A stretch of 64,000 nucleotides of DNA, from the NCBI GenBank assembly GCA_010909165.1, contig MU008163.1, positions 992,001 through 1,056,000 of the forward strand, given 5' to 3'. The notes below the pieces were generated by a model. The model searched no databases. It was not told the DNA's origin and worked only from the letters and a program-made list of their open reading frames with translations. Origin of the DNA: Anthoceros angustus. Taxonomy: Eukaryota; Plantae; Anthocerotophyta. This document shows, in pieces, positions 12,400 to 25,621 of this stretch (within the stretch, counting starts at the first letter, position 1; each line of letters opens with the position of its first letter). Made by a program: the position numbers and the translations under genes.

Positions 12400-14150
12400 A
12401 ATTGCCCATCCAAAACAATGGTTGTGTGGGTTGAAGCGAAATACCAACCTCTTGGCGCGATGCTTGTGTGGGTTAGGCTGATGTTGCTCCTCACTCAGGC
12501 GCCTTGCAGGCGCAAAATTTGGCCGACTTCTGTGCGGCAAATTCTCCGCGAATGAAGAGGCGCGGGAATTGCAGTTTGCCCAATGCTGCGGTGAATTCTG
12601 GGCGCGAGACACTGAGCCACAAGCACTTGTTGCCTTCCGATCCGGTGAGCGGTGAAGAAGATGGCGTCGTTACGCTCACGCCGTAGGTCGACAATAGACA
12701 CCCGTGCTTATAATACGTGCGCCGATGCATGTATGGGAAACCCTAAATTAGTTGCGGCGAAGATGGAACGCCGTTTTCGTGGTTAAAACCATAAATTGGA
12801 GCCGCCGTTTTGTGATCCATGATCGTAATGATGCATGCCTTTGGAAAAATATTTTCGTCCTCTTTACTTCTTGCGAGAAGGGATTGGCCTTTGTTGCTTT
12901 GGCTTTCGAAAGCGTGAAACCCGTTTTCCACCCATTCAATGTTCCACGGTCGAATGTGAGAGGTACAACACGAGCAAGAGCAGCTATAGGTTTGCGAGGT
13001 TCGCGACTATTGGTGTCTTTGGCGAGGTCGTCAAGGTTCTAGTACCTCATCATGCTACAAGCTACGCACATTCTTCATGGCCGAGGTGATACCCTGTGCC
13101 CTCACTTCTATTGCCTTTGGTGAAACTTTACGGCAATGTGGGTCACGTGGTTGCCGATTCAGGACCGTGATGGCGATGTTGACTTTGGCCGCGAAGATGC
13201 CTCCCAATACCTGAGAGAGCTCGATTCGGAAAGAAGAACCAAACGTCGAGCGAATTTTGCGCTCGAGATATGACTCGGCCTCTGCGTGCATGCCTCAACC
13301 TTCTCAAAGAAAGTAAGCAATTACAATCGAGCATTGGTGACATGTTTCGTGAAGTGGAGTTCTGTTGTGGGCCGCACTTCCGCATTGCCTCACAAATGTT
13401 CACTTCTTGAGTGCAGTCCGGTGGAGGAGGACTCATCGGCGCTCGTGTGCCTCGCTTTCTTCCTCCACTCCAAGAAATATGAATCTCTACCGCAATGGAT
13501 AGAAGTCTGGGAGGGAGGTACGTGAGACGTGGCGAGCGGTTGTCAGCGGTCCGAGGTGTTTAATGGAAATGCTAGTGGTGGAGAAGTTGGACACCCAAAT
13601 GTTGATGAAGAGAATGTTTTCCAGACACCACCGCAAGACGAGGTCCACCTTCCTATCATCCGAAACCTATGTCTGAGACGTTGCAGCCGAGAAGCGAACA
13701 CAGATATCGGGTTCAAAAGCGCCGGGCTGCTGGCGTTTCTTTGCGGAAGACCGAAGGGACAACTGGCAAAGGAGGCTTGTGTGCCGAGGATCAAACGTTG
13801 TCTTCCTATCACTCATATAACATGGGGACCAACTCCTCTCATTATTCTCCAACAATGCCAGTTCAGAGTTCCTCCTCACACAATTCGTCGTCACACCATT
13901 CTAATTATTCTGATCCGCATCATTCTTCAACATCTGCTAAGAAACGCTATAATCTTGATGGACTGACCGCTTTCACTCGTCCAAGACTTCCTTAGCAAAA
14001 TTCTCCAGATTCAAATGCAACACTAGCACTGTGAAGAACATGCTTTAGGGAGTTCTCCACTTGGCCCAAATGCAAATGTGCTCCAGCCACCACAACCGGC
14101 AACTTCTTACGCACAAGCTCAAGCTGAAATTCCTGCTGCTGTAGATTTCT
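12400..14150 (+). mobile_element. Mutator/MULE-like transposase relic
   Basis: Across frames: PKLVAAKMERRFR, NDACLWKNIFVLFT...LAFVALAF (MULE xDxxxLxxxxxxxLLxA), AEVIPCA/PHFYCLW (FPxAxHxxCxxH) and a C-terminal KRRxxxCG-like knuckle; many indels. Confidence 0.55.
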
Positions 14151-15212
14151 GAATGATCTCGCATTTTAGGAAGGATGGTCATGAATCAACACAGGAGATT
14201 CCAAGGGGAGCGGCTACAAGATCTCAGGATACTCTAACAATATCTTGCTTTCCAGATCTGGAGAATTCTCGGCCCTTCGCATCTGAAAATCTGTTAGAAT
14301 AACTTGCAGATCAGATCGGCGATTTTGCTTCGAATACTTGGCCAGCAACTATTCCAATCTATAGCAATTTCCTTTCTTGAGGCTCCGCCTTGACGATACC
14401 AAACATGCCTCCCAAATTCCAAGTTTTGCCTGAGATTTCCACAAATCTGACGCCATTTCCATTCGGCCAAAGACAGTACGGCCTGATCTCTTGCGGCAAG
14501 GTCGCGGTTGGCCCTCCTGCATCTTGTGCGCTTCTAAACGGAGGAGTATTGGCCCAAATCGCAGGGGGTGAATTTCCAGGGGCATCCGGAGGTTTTGGCG
14601 TAAAGCGGCGCGCCAGCCGTGTTCAGTGAGCCGAAATGGTGCCCGGCTGCCAACTTAAATGGGGCTGTTTTGGCCCCAGATGAAACTCGGTTGGAGTTTC
14701 TTATGTGGTATGAAACAGTCCCAGCCATTCCCATTCAATCCTTAGTATCTCGGTTCTTGCCGCTTCCGATCAGACATGTGCCTCCTCGGCTATGAGGCGT
14801 GACTTTTAGTATACGCCAACTCTTTACTCGCCTCGGTTTTTTTAGTTTCTGAGCTATTCCGGCTTCAATCAAACAAGAGCCACTTGTTCGCTTTGCATTC
14901 GGGCACTCAACGCTATCTTTATGAGCAGCAAAGTGCTTTCACGCTCAAGAGTATTCGGTTAGTGTCGACATCTTTAGGATCACCTTGCTGACTCTACGAG
15001 TCGGTGTATGTGCGCCCAAGCGATTCGACCTGCCAGCCTATGCCCCAAGTGATCGTGGCATAATTCAGGCTTTTGACTAATCTTTGTTTTCATAATATTT
15101 CTGCTCATCAAGCTTTCTCATATAACTATATTAGAAGCCCTTTGGCTCTGATCATAACTTCTGACTCGGTGTTCCTTTATATTTATATTACGAAGCTTGA
15201 TCCTTCGGAACC

Positions 15213-17270
15213 ATGGCATCGACGTCCTCTTCTTTGACGATGCCACCTACACCAATTATTAATTATATGAATGTCTCTTCTGAATTCAAAGAAAAAGACC
15301 GTTTCGACGGCACTAAGTTCGAAATATGGTCCAAACGTATGCGTTTTGTCTTGAATACCAGAGATCTCCTTGGCATAGTTGATGGAACTGTCCTCAAGCC
15401 TAATGGGCCCTCGCTTGCCCTCGACTCGTTGAAACAAGACAAGCTTGCTACGCATATACTTATCTCGGGCCTAGATGAAGTTACTCTTCATCATCGATAG
15501 CTACTATTGCTGCGAGGCTTGGCGTGAGTAGATATTTTCAATCTACCAATGTTGACATTGATGTTATGCATGAATTTTATTCCTTACGCATGTGCATAGG
15601 AATAAGGCATTGGTATATTTGGGAAGTTTCGTTATCTTGAGGCCGCGACCTAAGCACTCATATCGAATTTGGAAGCTTGTGTCCAAGCTGCGCCTCCCTT
15701 CCTACACTATCAAGCATTTGTGTCCTCTCGGAATGGCCTTTATTCGAGAGGCTCATGTGTGAGCAAGTGCACTTTAACATTTCCATCTCCAAATTACTGT
15801 GCACTCCTACAAGAGGAGGCTTCCAGATTTAGCGCCCAGGCACTGGAAGCATGGTGGTGAAAGAGTTATGTTCGTTAGCAAAAGGTCGCCAATGTCCTCA
15901 GACGTCCTCCTCCACGATAGACCCTTCTTATCTTCTTGGTATCATTCTCAAGCTGGTGGTTAGGCATAGTATTACCCAAGCCATGTGATTCTAGCCATTG
16001 GGAGCCATTTGCGCAGAATTTGCGCGTGACCGAGCGTCCTTCTGATGCGCCAATATGGCCTCAACCTCCAAGCAGGAGAAGTCCGACATTGCCCTCACAG
16101 TCTGCTTGGTTGCTTTTGAATACAAGACCTCTTGGCTATTGGACTCAGCTGCTTCCGCACATATTTACTGCCATCACCATATGTTTTTTGATTATATCCC
16201 TGCCGAAGATCAACATTTTGTTCTTCGTGACGACTCAATACCTACTATTAGGGCACTGCTTTTACTCTTGAAGATGGTTTTGTCCTTCTTTTAAGTGATG
16301 TCTTGCATGTTCCGCCAAATGGCAAAAGAATCTTATCTCCGTCCGACACTTGGTGAAGGGCGGACTCTGAACTAGAGTTCGGCGGTGCCTCCTCACAGAT
16401 CTGTTGCTCGACAGTCGCATGGTTGCTGGGGTGTCAGTGGCATGACCTCTATGTCTTCTCCGCCGCACCGGTGATCACGGCTTTCTCGACCCCAGCTCCC
16501 GTGTGGCGCGACTTTCGCTCAAAGACAGCCGGGCGCGCACAATCCCGTGTCGTCGTAGTAAGGAGTCCGTTCCCAAGGGAATGATAGGCTCCGTTTGCCG
16601 TGTTTCAGACGTTTCTTACTTCACTTTACGTCCGGTCAGCCTCAACACCCACATTTATCAGTTCGCGCCTAACTACTCGCAACATTCACGCCTACAGACG
16701 GCGGTGGTCAAGCGTTTAAGTCTGCTTGGGTTGATGACCAGCTTGTTTCCTTGGATACGCCTATGGGCCATGGTGCCTCTCCTTCCCTGTCGGAGGAGCC
16801 CGGATAAGCCTGAACCTCGCAGGGTTGCATGATCGGGGATGGGCTTCAGGTGCAGCAGGGTAACGAGCCCAGCACTTCCACCTCTGAGAAACTTTGTGGG
16901 TGGGGACGGATTCCCAGTGATGGTCAGGAGCAGGAGGTCTTGTGACAGCAATTTTGTTGGACTCTACCAGGTGGTGGGACGACGGAGGAGATGACAAGAG
17001 CTCTAGGAAATGCAAATGGGTCACGGTGCTTTTGCATTCAAGTCGAGCTCTCCGGATAGGCTTGAGCCTTGCGGGCTTGCAGGAGCGGAAATGGGTTCCG
17101 GATGTAGCAGTGTAAGGAGCACAGCACTTCCACTTCCGAGAAACTGTGTGGATGGGGACGGGTTTTTCAGCGATGGTGGTCGGCAGGAGCAGGATCACGT
17201 GTGGCAATAGTTTCTCTGGATCCTACCATGTGGTGGACAACGGACTCGATAGGAAGAGCTCCCGTTTGCC
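15213..17270 (+). mobile_element. Ty1/Copia LTR-retrotransposon relic (gag, protease, partial integrase; ~260-bp internal duplication near 16860-17230)
   Basis: Gag RFDGTKFEIWSKRMRFVLNTRDLLGIVDG; protease WLLDSAASAHI; degenerate integrase THIYQFAPNYSQH...VVKRL. Confidence 0.85.
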
Positions 17271-17379
17271 TTACTCCCGGCGTGAGGGGTCCGGCGAGGT
17301 CCTGTGGTTAATCAACGTGTCTTAGCCAGGGTTGATACTAAGCACGGGCCATACAGCTGTACCGTGATATGCTTAGGTC

Positions 17380-18840
17380 ATGAGTGAAGGCAAATGCCCA
17401 CGTCTTTGTAGCTGCCCTTCAAGCTTGTGCATTTGACGCCGCCTTGGGATCTGGCAGAAAAATACATTCCTCTGAACTTGGTTGTTGGCACCTAGGTGCC
17501 TGGTGGACATGTATGCAAATGTGGCAAATTGAAACATGCACGCCAGACTTTTGACAGCATGAACAGAAGGAATGTGGTGACATGGAACTGATAGCCGGGT
17601 ATGCGGAGCAAGGGCTCGGACTCGAGGCTCTTGTTCTGTATGGACAAATGGAGCAGCAGGGGGCTGAATTTGGCTAATCATTTTACTTTTGGCTTGCCTT
17701 CTCAAGGCTGTGCAAGCACTGGTGCCTTGCAGAAGGGCAGGCAGCCGAACTCACTGATTGTTGGGCACCTGCCAAGTAGACTTGTATGCAAAATGTTTCA
17801 AATTGAAAGATGCACACCAGGTTTTTGACTGCATGGCCGCAAAAGATGTGCTGACATGGAATGCCCTGATAACTGGGTAAGCAAAATGTGGTGACCTGAA
17901 ACATGCACGCCAGGTTTCTGAAACCATAATCACGAAGAATGTGGTGGCATGGAACGGCCTGATTGCTGGGTTTGCAGAGCAAGGACCCAGCCAAGAGGCG
18001 CTTGTTGTGCATGGACGGATGGAGCAAGAAGGCCTCAGTTTGGCTAACCATGTTATGTTTGCTTGCCTTCTGAAGCCTGTGCAAGCTCCGCTGCCTCACA
18101 GAAGGGCAGGCAGCTGCACACTGATTGTTGAAAGAGGACTGCTTGATAACGCACTGTTGGGCCATTGCAAGTGCCTGGTGGACATGTATGAAAAATGTGG
18201 TGAACTGGAAGATGCACGCCAGGTTTTTGACAGCATGAACACCAAGGATGTGGTAACATGGACCACTCTCAAAGCCAGGCATGCCGAGCAAGCGCTTGGC
18301 CAAGAGGTGCTTGTTCTGAATGGACAAATGGAGTAGGAGTGCCTGATTTTGGCTAACCATGTTCCTCTTGCTTGCCTTCTGAAGGCCTGTGCAAGCTCTG
18401 CTGCCTTGCAGAAGGGAAGGCATTTGCACTTCCGGAGTGTTGAAAGAGGACTGCTGGATAACATAGTGGTGGGCAACTGCCTGATGGACATGTATGCAAA
18501 ATGTAGTGAAGTGGAAGACGCACGCCAGGCATTTGACAACATGAACACAAAGGATGTGGTGACGCGGACCGGCCTGATTTCTGAGTGTGGTACTTGTGAT
18601 GATGGTCACAGAGCACTAGCTTGGTTCGAGGAGATGTCGGTTGCCGGTATTCTGCTTGATGGTGCTATTTTTAGTTGCTTTCCAGTAGCATGCAGTCACG
18701 AGGAACTGGTCCATGAGGGTCGTAAGCATTTTGATTCCATGGCTGAACAGCATGGCATCAATCGTACTGTTGACCATTACAGTTGCATGTTTGATTTCTT
18801 GGCGTGCAGGCCATTAGATGAGGCTGAAAAGATGCCATAG
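17380..18840 (+). pseudogene. Degenerate PLS-class PPR relic
   Basis: VAWNGLIAGFAEQGPSQEAL, LVDMYEKCGELEDARQVFDSMNTKDVVTW, HGINRTVDHYSCMFDFL (S2 motif); multiple stops and frameshifts. Confidence 0.85.
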
Positions 18841-18931
18841 GGTTCAGTACAATTTGAGCTCGTTGGCCTTTGGGTTATCTAGAAATCTGTCTACAAACTT
18901 GTTGCAAATAAGCCTGGAAGTCTAATGACGC

Positions 18932-21203
18932 CTACCAATCATCCGGAGCTTTGCTGGCTATGGTATAAGCCGGGCCTGGATTTGTTTCATAAAACGTGTA
19001 GGAACCCGGCCCCGGAAAGTCTTCCCTGTGAGAATCATGCAGTTTGAGGCCCAAGCTGAATCCTCTGTCAGTGGAGAACCGAGTTTTGTGGTAATAAGCT
19101 CCGGGGCCCGGCGTCTTCTCCGGCTTGTTTGCTATATATCTTCGAGCGATGCTGAAGGCAGGAGGGTGGTTCCTCGTTAACTGCACACTAGGAGTGTATT
19201 CTGATGGCCCTGGTGTCTTCTCCACGGGCGAGAGCTCATACCTTCTTGCAATGCTGCAACCTGGGGTGGGGAAGGGGTTCACTGCACTGTAGGCACCCGG
19301 GCCAGGAGTGTCGTTTTTCGCACCCCGCGTAGCTCTCCCTGCAATAGTGAATGCAGGGCTGTCGGTTTTGACGTTCAGTTCATACGTGCCTGGCCCCGGG
19401 ACAAGATCAGAATTTCCTGGCCCTGGCTTGCTGCCCATAGTGTAGGCAGGTTTCTTGTCCCACCATTTGGCAGTGTAGGCTCCGGGGCCAGGGGTGTCAT
19501 TTGTCTTCTGAGGAGGACCAGATCCAGTAATGCTGTAGGCTGGGGCTGAGGAAAGAGCACGGGGATCATATGCGCCAGGCCCTGGATTATCACCAGCATG
19601 GTCTAATCTGCTCTTCACGCCCATTGAGAACTCAGGTGGCCTCCTCAAAACTGGATCAATTTCCGCATTGTAGGCTCCTGGGCCAGAGTCTTGTGCTCAT
19701 TCGGGTTTCTCAACCTTTGGCCTAAAGTGTAGGCTGGGCCTCCAATTCTGTCAACCAACCGGTATGCTCCAGGTCCAGGATTGACGCTAGCGAAGGCATG
19801 TTTTTCTCGTCCAGCCATGGAATAAGCTGGCGTTCTGTTTGCGACTTCCGCATCGTAAGTCCCTGGGCCTGGGAAATTGTCTCCTAGGCTCCTGCCCTGT
19901 CTCATAGCTATGGTAAAAGCTGGGCCCGCTCTCCTTGAATTCAAGTTATAGGCGCCTGGACCTGGAAGGGTATCCGAGAGCCTCTCAGGAGCTCTCTGTC
20001 CCATAGTGTAAGCTGGTTTCTTGTTATCCAACTGTGCTGAATAGGCCCCTGGGCCTGGTGTGATGTCTGGCTTGTGCATTAACCCTGCTCCGCTGATGCT
20101 GTACGCAGGGCTTGAAGAAGAGAACATCGGGTCATATGCTCCCGGCCCTGGATTTTCATTGGCATGATCGGAAGAACACCGCACTGCTAGTGAGTATTTG
20201 GGAGGTCTGGTGCTAATGCATCTGAAATTTTGACTGTAAGCTCCAGGCCCTGGTGTTTTCTCACAATCTGGAGCTTTCCTCCTCCCGGCCATGCTGAAGG
20301 CTGGTCCGCCTAGACTGCCATTGCTGGCATATGTGCCAGGCCCGGGTGTTTGTTCTGCACCTCCTGGCCGTGCTTTCCCCGCAATTGTGTGGTGTGGAGA
20401 ATAGTTACAATTAGGCAGATTGTAAGCACCAGGTCCCGGACCGTCACTTTCCAGTCCCTTGCCCGCCTTACCAGCAATTGTGAAGCCCTTACTTGAACGA
20501 TCCAATTCATAGGCACCGGGACCAGGGAACTGATCACTGTTTGCACATCGTCCTTTGGCAGCAAGACTAATACCAACTCCGTGGGGTTGCGAATTTCTGC
20601 TCCAGGGATATCTTCTCGATTTTGGGTCCTGAACCTTTGGCTAAGACTGTACGCTGGTGCAAAGGATTTGTTGCGAGGAGTGTATGCACCAGGCCCTGGA
20701 GCAGTTTCAGGGAGGTGTTGCTTGGTTCTGCCTGCGATGGAGTAGGCCGGGCATCCAGTAGCTTCTACAGCTTCATAGGCTCCTGGCCCTGGAGTGATGC
20801 TTGACGCTGCTTGGTGATGTCTTGCACTTATTGAGTATGCCGGGCCATTCCGATGGTCAGGAACTTTGTAAGCCCCAGGACCCGGGATATTATCGAATCC
20901 TTTACCGTGATACTTACTGGCTATGGAGTAGGCAGGCGGCTGTTCTCGAGTGTATACGACAGTCGCATCATATGCTCCAGGCCCTGGCCCGCTTTCTGAT
21001 GTGCTCGATATATGCCTGGTTGAGATAGTGAAAGCAGGGCCTCTATCACCTTTGCCAGGACTGTATGCCCCTGGTCCTGGCTGAAAGCTGTCGGATTTGC
21101 TGGCCAATCTCTGGGCGAGAGAATAGGCTGGGGGAGATGTGCAGGTGATCTTGTCATCTGCATTGTACGCTCCCGGCCCGGGAGTTCGATGTCTCCTTGG
21201 CAT
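18932..21203 (-). CDS. SHIPPO-repeat (ODF3 / sperm-tail PG-rich-like) protein with ~24 PGPGAY repeats; two apparent frameshifts (~20600, ~19690)
   Basis: Three overlapping ORFs form a continuous array of P(A)Y(S/T)I/M...(T)PGPG(A/T)Y units; the shift at ~19690 is a single C lost from act-c(c)t-ggc. Confidence 0.9.
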
Positions 21204-21699
21204 AGTGCTATACTCGATCCTCTAGGCCAGCACACCTCAGAGCTCAATCTGTCAATCATGGCCAGATCTGGGGTAAGTGCCGCTGGTGGAGATGTTAGAC
21301 CTACTTGCTCCTCTCACAGCGATGCTTCATGGCGTGGTGAACAGCTGGTATCAAAGTCCCGTGAACTGAGAACGAAACGTAACTGTAACTGCTCATCCCG
21401 GACACGAAGGGAAGTAATTTTTCTTCGCGGGACGGGCCACTGTCCAAGACGGGAAGGCGCTGGGAGACTCTGATGAGACTCCGACCGCTCTGCAGGTCAG
21501 CAAGCAGATAGCGAGCTTCGCAAGGCAAATTGCTCCCTCCTCAGATGGTTCGGTTTGGACTCACGGAAAATGAACAAACCCTCAGGGACGAAGCCCTAGG
21601 TGGAAGATGAGGTCTCACGCCAATCTCACTTGAACGTCCTCCTGAAGCAATGTGTGGTGAAGAAGGATGTATCTCTGGGTGCGCGCGTCCATCCATGCT

Positions 21700-22860
21700 T
21701 TGAGGTGAAAACGGGGTAACTGCTTGGTGAACATGAATGCAAAGTGTGGCAGCTTGGAACACGCTCAGCAAGTGTTGATGGGCTTGGTCACAAAGAAGTG
21801 GTCACGTGGACTGCAACGATAGCAGGGTACGCTCAGAAGGGCATGGGGCAGGCAGCCCTTCATCTTCAGCATGCTATGGAAGAAGAAGGCAATGCTAGAC
21901 CCGATTCTATGACATAAATTTGTGTCGCTCCTGCAGGTATGTGCGATTGTAGTGTGGGCTTTAGCGTTGGAGAAGGGAAGCATCTGCATGTGCAAATCAG
22001 AGAAATGGGACACCAAGCTGATGTGTTTGTCGCCGGCGGTTTGGTGAAATGTATGCCAACTGTGGCAGCATGGAAGATGCTCCGGAAAGTATTAAATGGA
22101 CTTGGTCGAAAAGATGCGGTGACATCGGCTGCCATGATTGCAGGGTATTCTTAGCAGTGTACAGTACTATGGATGCGAGAAGAACCCTTGGCACTACTTC
22201 ACCTGATTCTGTGACATTTTTCTGCGTGCTACTAGTATGTGCAAATGTGCACGAAGCTTTGTCTCTAGGAAGGCAGCTACATGCACAGATTGTAGAACAA
22301 GGGCCTCAAGCTGACGTGTTTATTCCCAGCAGCTCCAGTGATGAACATGTCTGGGAAGTAAAGGAGTACTGTTGATGCACAACACGTGTTTGATGTGTTG
22401 CCCAATAGAGATGTTCTTGCCTGGAATACACTGATTGCAGCCTGCATTGTCAAGGAGCCCGTGAAGCAGTCTTTGACTTGGACCGGGAAATGAGAGAGGA
22501 TGGTATGCAGCCAGACGGCATCACATTCCTTAGCATACAGACTATGTGCAGTCATGTGGGTATAGTGAACAAGGAAGAAAGTACTTGAGGGTATGAGCAG
22601 ACATTATGGCATCAGTCCCACGTAGGACCACTACACATGAATGGTGGACCTCCCAGGTTGGTCAGGACAACAGGATGAGGCGCTAGCTCTAGTAATGATA
22701 ATGCCCTAAAGTGCCCGGTGCTGCACTTCGGCACTCTCTGTGGGTGCTTGCCGCAAGTGGAGCAATGTAGATGGTGGGGCACCATGCTTAAAATGCAGTG
22801 AAGCTAAACAAAACAGATGATGCAGGACATGTGTTGATGTGGAACATAAACAGGGATGCC
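21700..22860 (+). pseudogene. Degenerate PLS-E PPR relic
   Basis: DAVTSAAMIAGYS, PDSVTFFCVLLVCAN..ALSLGRQLHAQIVEQG, DVLAWNTLIAA and E-domain remnants; many disruptions. Confidence 0.75.
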
Positions 22861-23739
22861 CAGTTTTGTGTTGGGAGGAGAGTCAAATAAGGGTGAAGCA
22901 TTTACCTTCCAAAATGAGGAAAGAAGGATGTGTACCACATCTGAATTTGTCACCGTCAGTGGGAGACAAAAAACGAAAGGTGTCGTCAGTGACCTTTCAG
23001 CCGAATGCGGTACAGCAGGTAAGGCCACCCCCCTTGAAGCATTGTCAGATCAGGAGTGTGGAGCATTTCTACATAATGTTGTCGAGGGAGATGAGGGGAA
23101 AGCACTACCAATTGATTGGAGGTCACAACCACCTGATCAGGGATGATCCAATCAGCCTGTGCACTCAGAAACTAAGCACCCAGCTTCTCTAGATAGACAT
23201 GCAAATGAGTGACGACTTTGTGCCCCCACTGGTGGACAACACTCGTGGCCAGCAGGTGGGGATGTCTTGTCGGCGGTCTCCTGGATGGAGGAAGGCTGCA
23301 ATCGGCTAGATTTTCTTAATGGGCTCTGATCTGCAGGACAAGTCTTTGTCAGGCATCCATAGCACTGGGAATGTTGCCAGTGCAAGAAACTGCGGAAGGC
23401 CCTTCTTCAAAATATATCTTTTTATGAGAACTACTCCAAACTTGCAAATTCTTGTCACCTGCTTGTGGAGCTCGATTTAAAGGTACTGCGTCTCATCCTC
23501 GCTTCCCCAAATTCTTGGAAGTCAATGATACTTCGTTTGCTCGAACGCCCAAAATTGCTGGCACGGACGATCATCAAGTGACTGGAGGACTGGGACTGGG
23601 TGAGGATGACTGGTGAGTATGGGCCCGCAATGCCACGTCATCATGAACAACCACCGCCTCCAGTCCTTCCACCGGCTCAAAGCTATCGAGCACGACGTCC
23701 CCAGGCAACGCTTAGCACGTTGGATTTTCGTCTATAATC

Positions 23740-24400
23740 AACATAGCAGAGCCAGCTGATTGCACAAAGCACATGGCACACAAGAGGCATTGCACACTTG
23801 AAGCATCAGGTACACAAGCAGTCTGCCGTCCAGCTTTATGTTGATTTCCATGAAGATGGAAAACAGAAGACAAGCTGAAAGATGGCTGACAAAGCTCTCC
23901 CTTGTCCAGCCTCCTTCCACTTCAATATGATCCTCGATGCCGTCTTCCTGCCAACCACAAACTTCCAAATGGTTAAGCACCTCCATTTTCAGAGCTTAGG
24001 CACCTGTCGGCACAACGAATTCGAGCAACTCTGTCTCCGCAAAAGCCACACACACCCAAGTCCGTTAATGCAATCGTCTCTAACCAACATTCCGGACCCA
24101 GCTCATTGCACAGAGCACATGGCACCCAAGAGGCAAGGGACAATTGAAGCATTAGGCACACGAGCAACCAGTCTGCAGCTGAGAGGAATATCATGGTGCT
24201 GGCACAGTGAGAAACTGGAGGGTCTGGTACACTGGAGAATGCGCTGGAGAGAAACCCAATGTTCATTGTGAAAACCTGCAGGCCCTTGTACCGCCACGAG
24301 GACATTGCGGAGAGAACACAGATAGAAGCCACGTAAATCTCTGAAAGGCTGGAAATCTCTTAGAAACGTATGCATCCAAAGGGTAAGTTGATGGGCTACC
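23740..24400 (+). pseudogene. Highly degenerate PPR fragments
   Basis: Two similar blocks read LIA..HG.QEAL (P motif), plus PN...LQA(C) (L motif). Confidence 0.4.
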
Positions 24401-24880
24401 TGTCACTTGATTTCAGATGACAAACAATAGCATCGTTGGCGCATCAACATACCTTTGCAGCCCCTATACTTCTTCACACACAACTTGTTCCCAGCAGATT
24501 GGGATGCTCTCTCATCTCAGCACACCAGATTCCAACATAGCCTACTCGTAAATGTTAAAGCATGGAGAAACATAGTGCGTCCAAGAAAGCTTGGACTGCA
24601 GCATCGAGCATTGCATCTACCTGCAGCCCACGCAGACAATCCCGGTTTCCTTCAAACTGCTCAGACATGCATGCACCCAAAGGGAAAGATGACAGGCTAC
24701 ATGGTGCTCACTTCCAGTGTCAGGGCTGCAAGGATATGCTAGGTTTTCAACTCTTGTGGTTAAATCTGTCCTTCCTTGCCCTACGCTTTTCCAGGGCTTC
24801 CGGCGAGGTGCTGATATTAACTGCCTCATACAGTTCGTACGCTAAGGCAGCTTGGGCAGAGCGGCGTCATCAGCAACCAA
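24400..24880 (-). pseudogene. Highly degenerate PPR N-terminal relic
   Basis: LDAAVQAF and KY..CKGML..A..VF parallel the N-terminus of the intact PPR (HLDEAVQAL, RMYASHGMLQEAMDVF). Confidence 0.35.
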
Positions 24881-25029
24881 AAAGGTGGTCCCTATGAGAC
24901 GATGTTAATGATCATCAGTGCATTGAGCAATTTCCTTCGTTCCTCCTCCTTGAAGAACATCCTGCTCCCATTTACTCCACCTTCTTATCCACTAATGCCG
25001 GTTTGGTGCGGTAGTCCGGGATAAAGGCG

Positions 25030-25125
25030 TGGGTTATGGCGTGTCCAAATGGACACACATTTATAAGAACGCCATTATGCATGGCGTGTCCAAATGCACA
25101 CATTTATAAGAACGCCGTTATTATG
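25030..25125 (+). repeat. ~43-bp tandem duplication
   Basis: atggcgtgtccaaatg.acacatttataagaacgcc.ttat occurs twice. Confidence 0.85.
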
Positions 25126-25169
25126 CATCCTGAGCTGAGATGGGTACTTAGATAGGGTGTCTGGAGGTG

Positions 25170-25621
25170 GATGCCCTGGGTGCAAGTAGCTTAGGCAGAC
25201 CATGGTACAAGTCCCATGATAGAAAATGCCCTTGGTGCAAGTAGGTAAGGCACACCAACACCATGGTACAAATCCGTCCCATGCCTGGAAAACGCCCTCC
25301 ATGGTATGTGAAATGTCCATGGTGCCAACAGCTTTGGCACACCATGATACGAGTTGCTAAGTAGGTACCAAGTCCCATGACAGGAAAATGCGCTTGGTGC
25401 AAGCAGCTTAGGCACACCACGGTACAAGTCCGACGACAGGAAAATGCTCTTGGCGCTCAAGCACACCAAGTCCCATACCGGAAAATGCCCTTGGTGCAAG
25501 CAGCTTAGGCACACCCTGGTACAAATACCAAGTCCCATGCAGGGAAAATGCCCTTGGTGCAAGCAGCTTAGGCACACCATGGTACAAGTTGCTAAGTACC
25601 AAGTCCCATGACACGAAAATT
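25170..25621 (+). repeat. ~55-70-bp satellite, about 8 degenerate copies, upstream of Lhca3
   Basis: Consensus aagtcccatgacaggaaaatgcccttggtgcaagcagcttaggcacaccatggtac. Confidence 0.9.

Noticed and set aside
14561-14574. gcagggggtgaatt as a TIR for the copy-1 MTase/MULE unit
   Set aside because: Short partial match in the wrong orientation to close that element, with no partner found.
17683-18609. 308-aa minus-strand ORF and similar antisense ORFs over 47-49.6 kb, 4377-4781 and 26523-26922
   Set aside because: Shadow ORFs antisense to PPR, phytocyanin and Lhca3 coding sequence.
24203-24217. HSEKL, resembling the DYW deaminase signature
   Set aside because: The context fits a decayed PPR S motif (CGKLED) followed by an L motif (PN...LQAC) equally well; no CxxC or DYW end is present.
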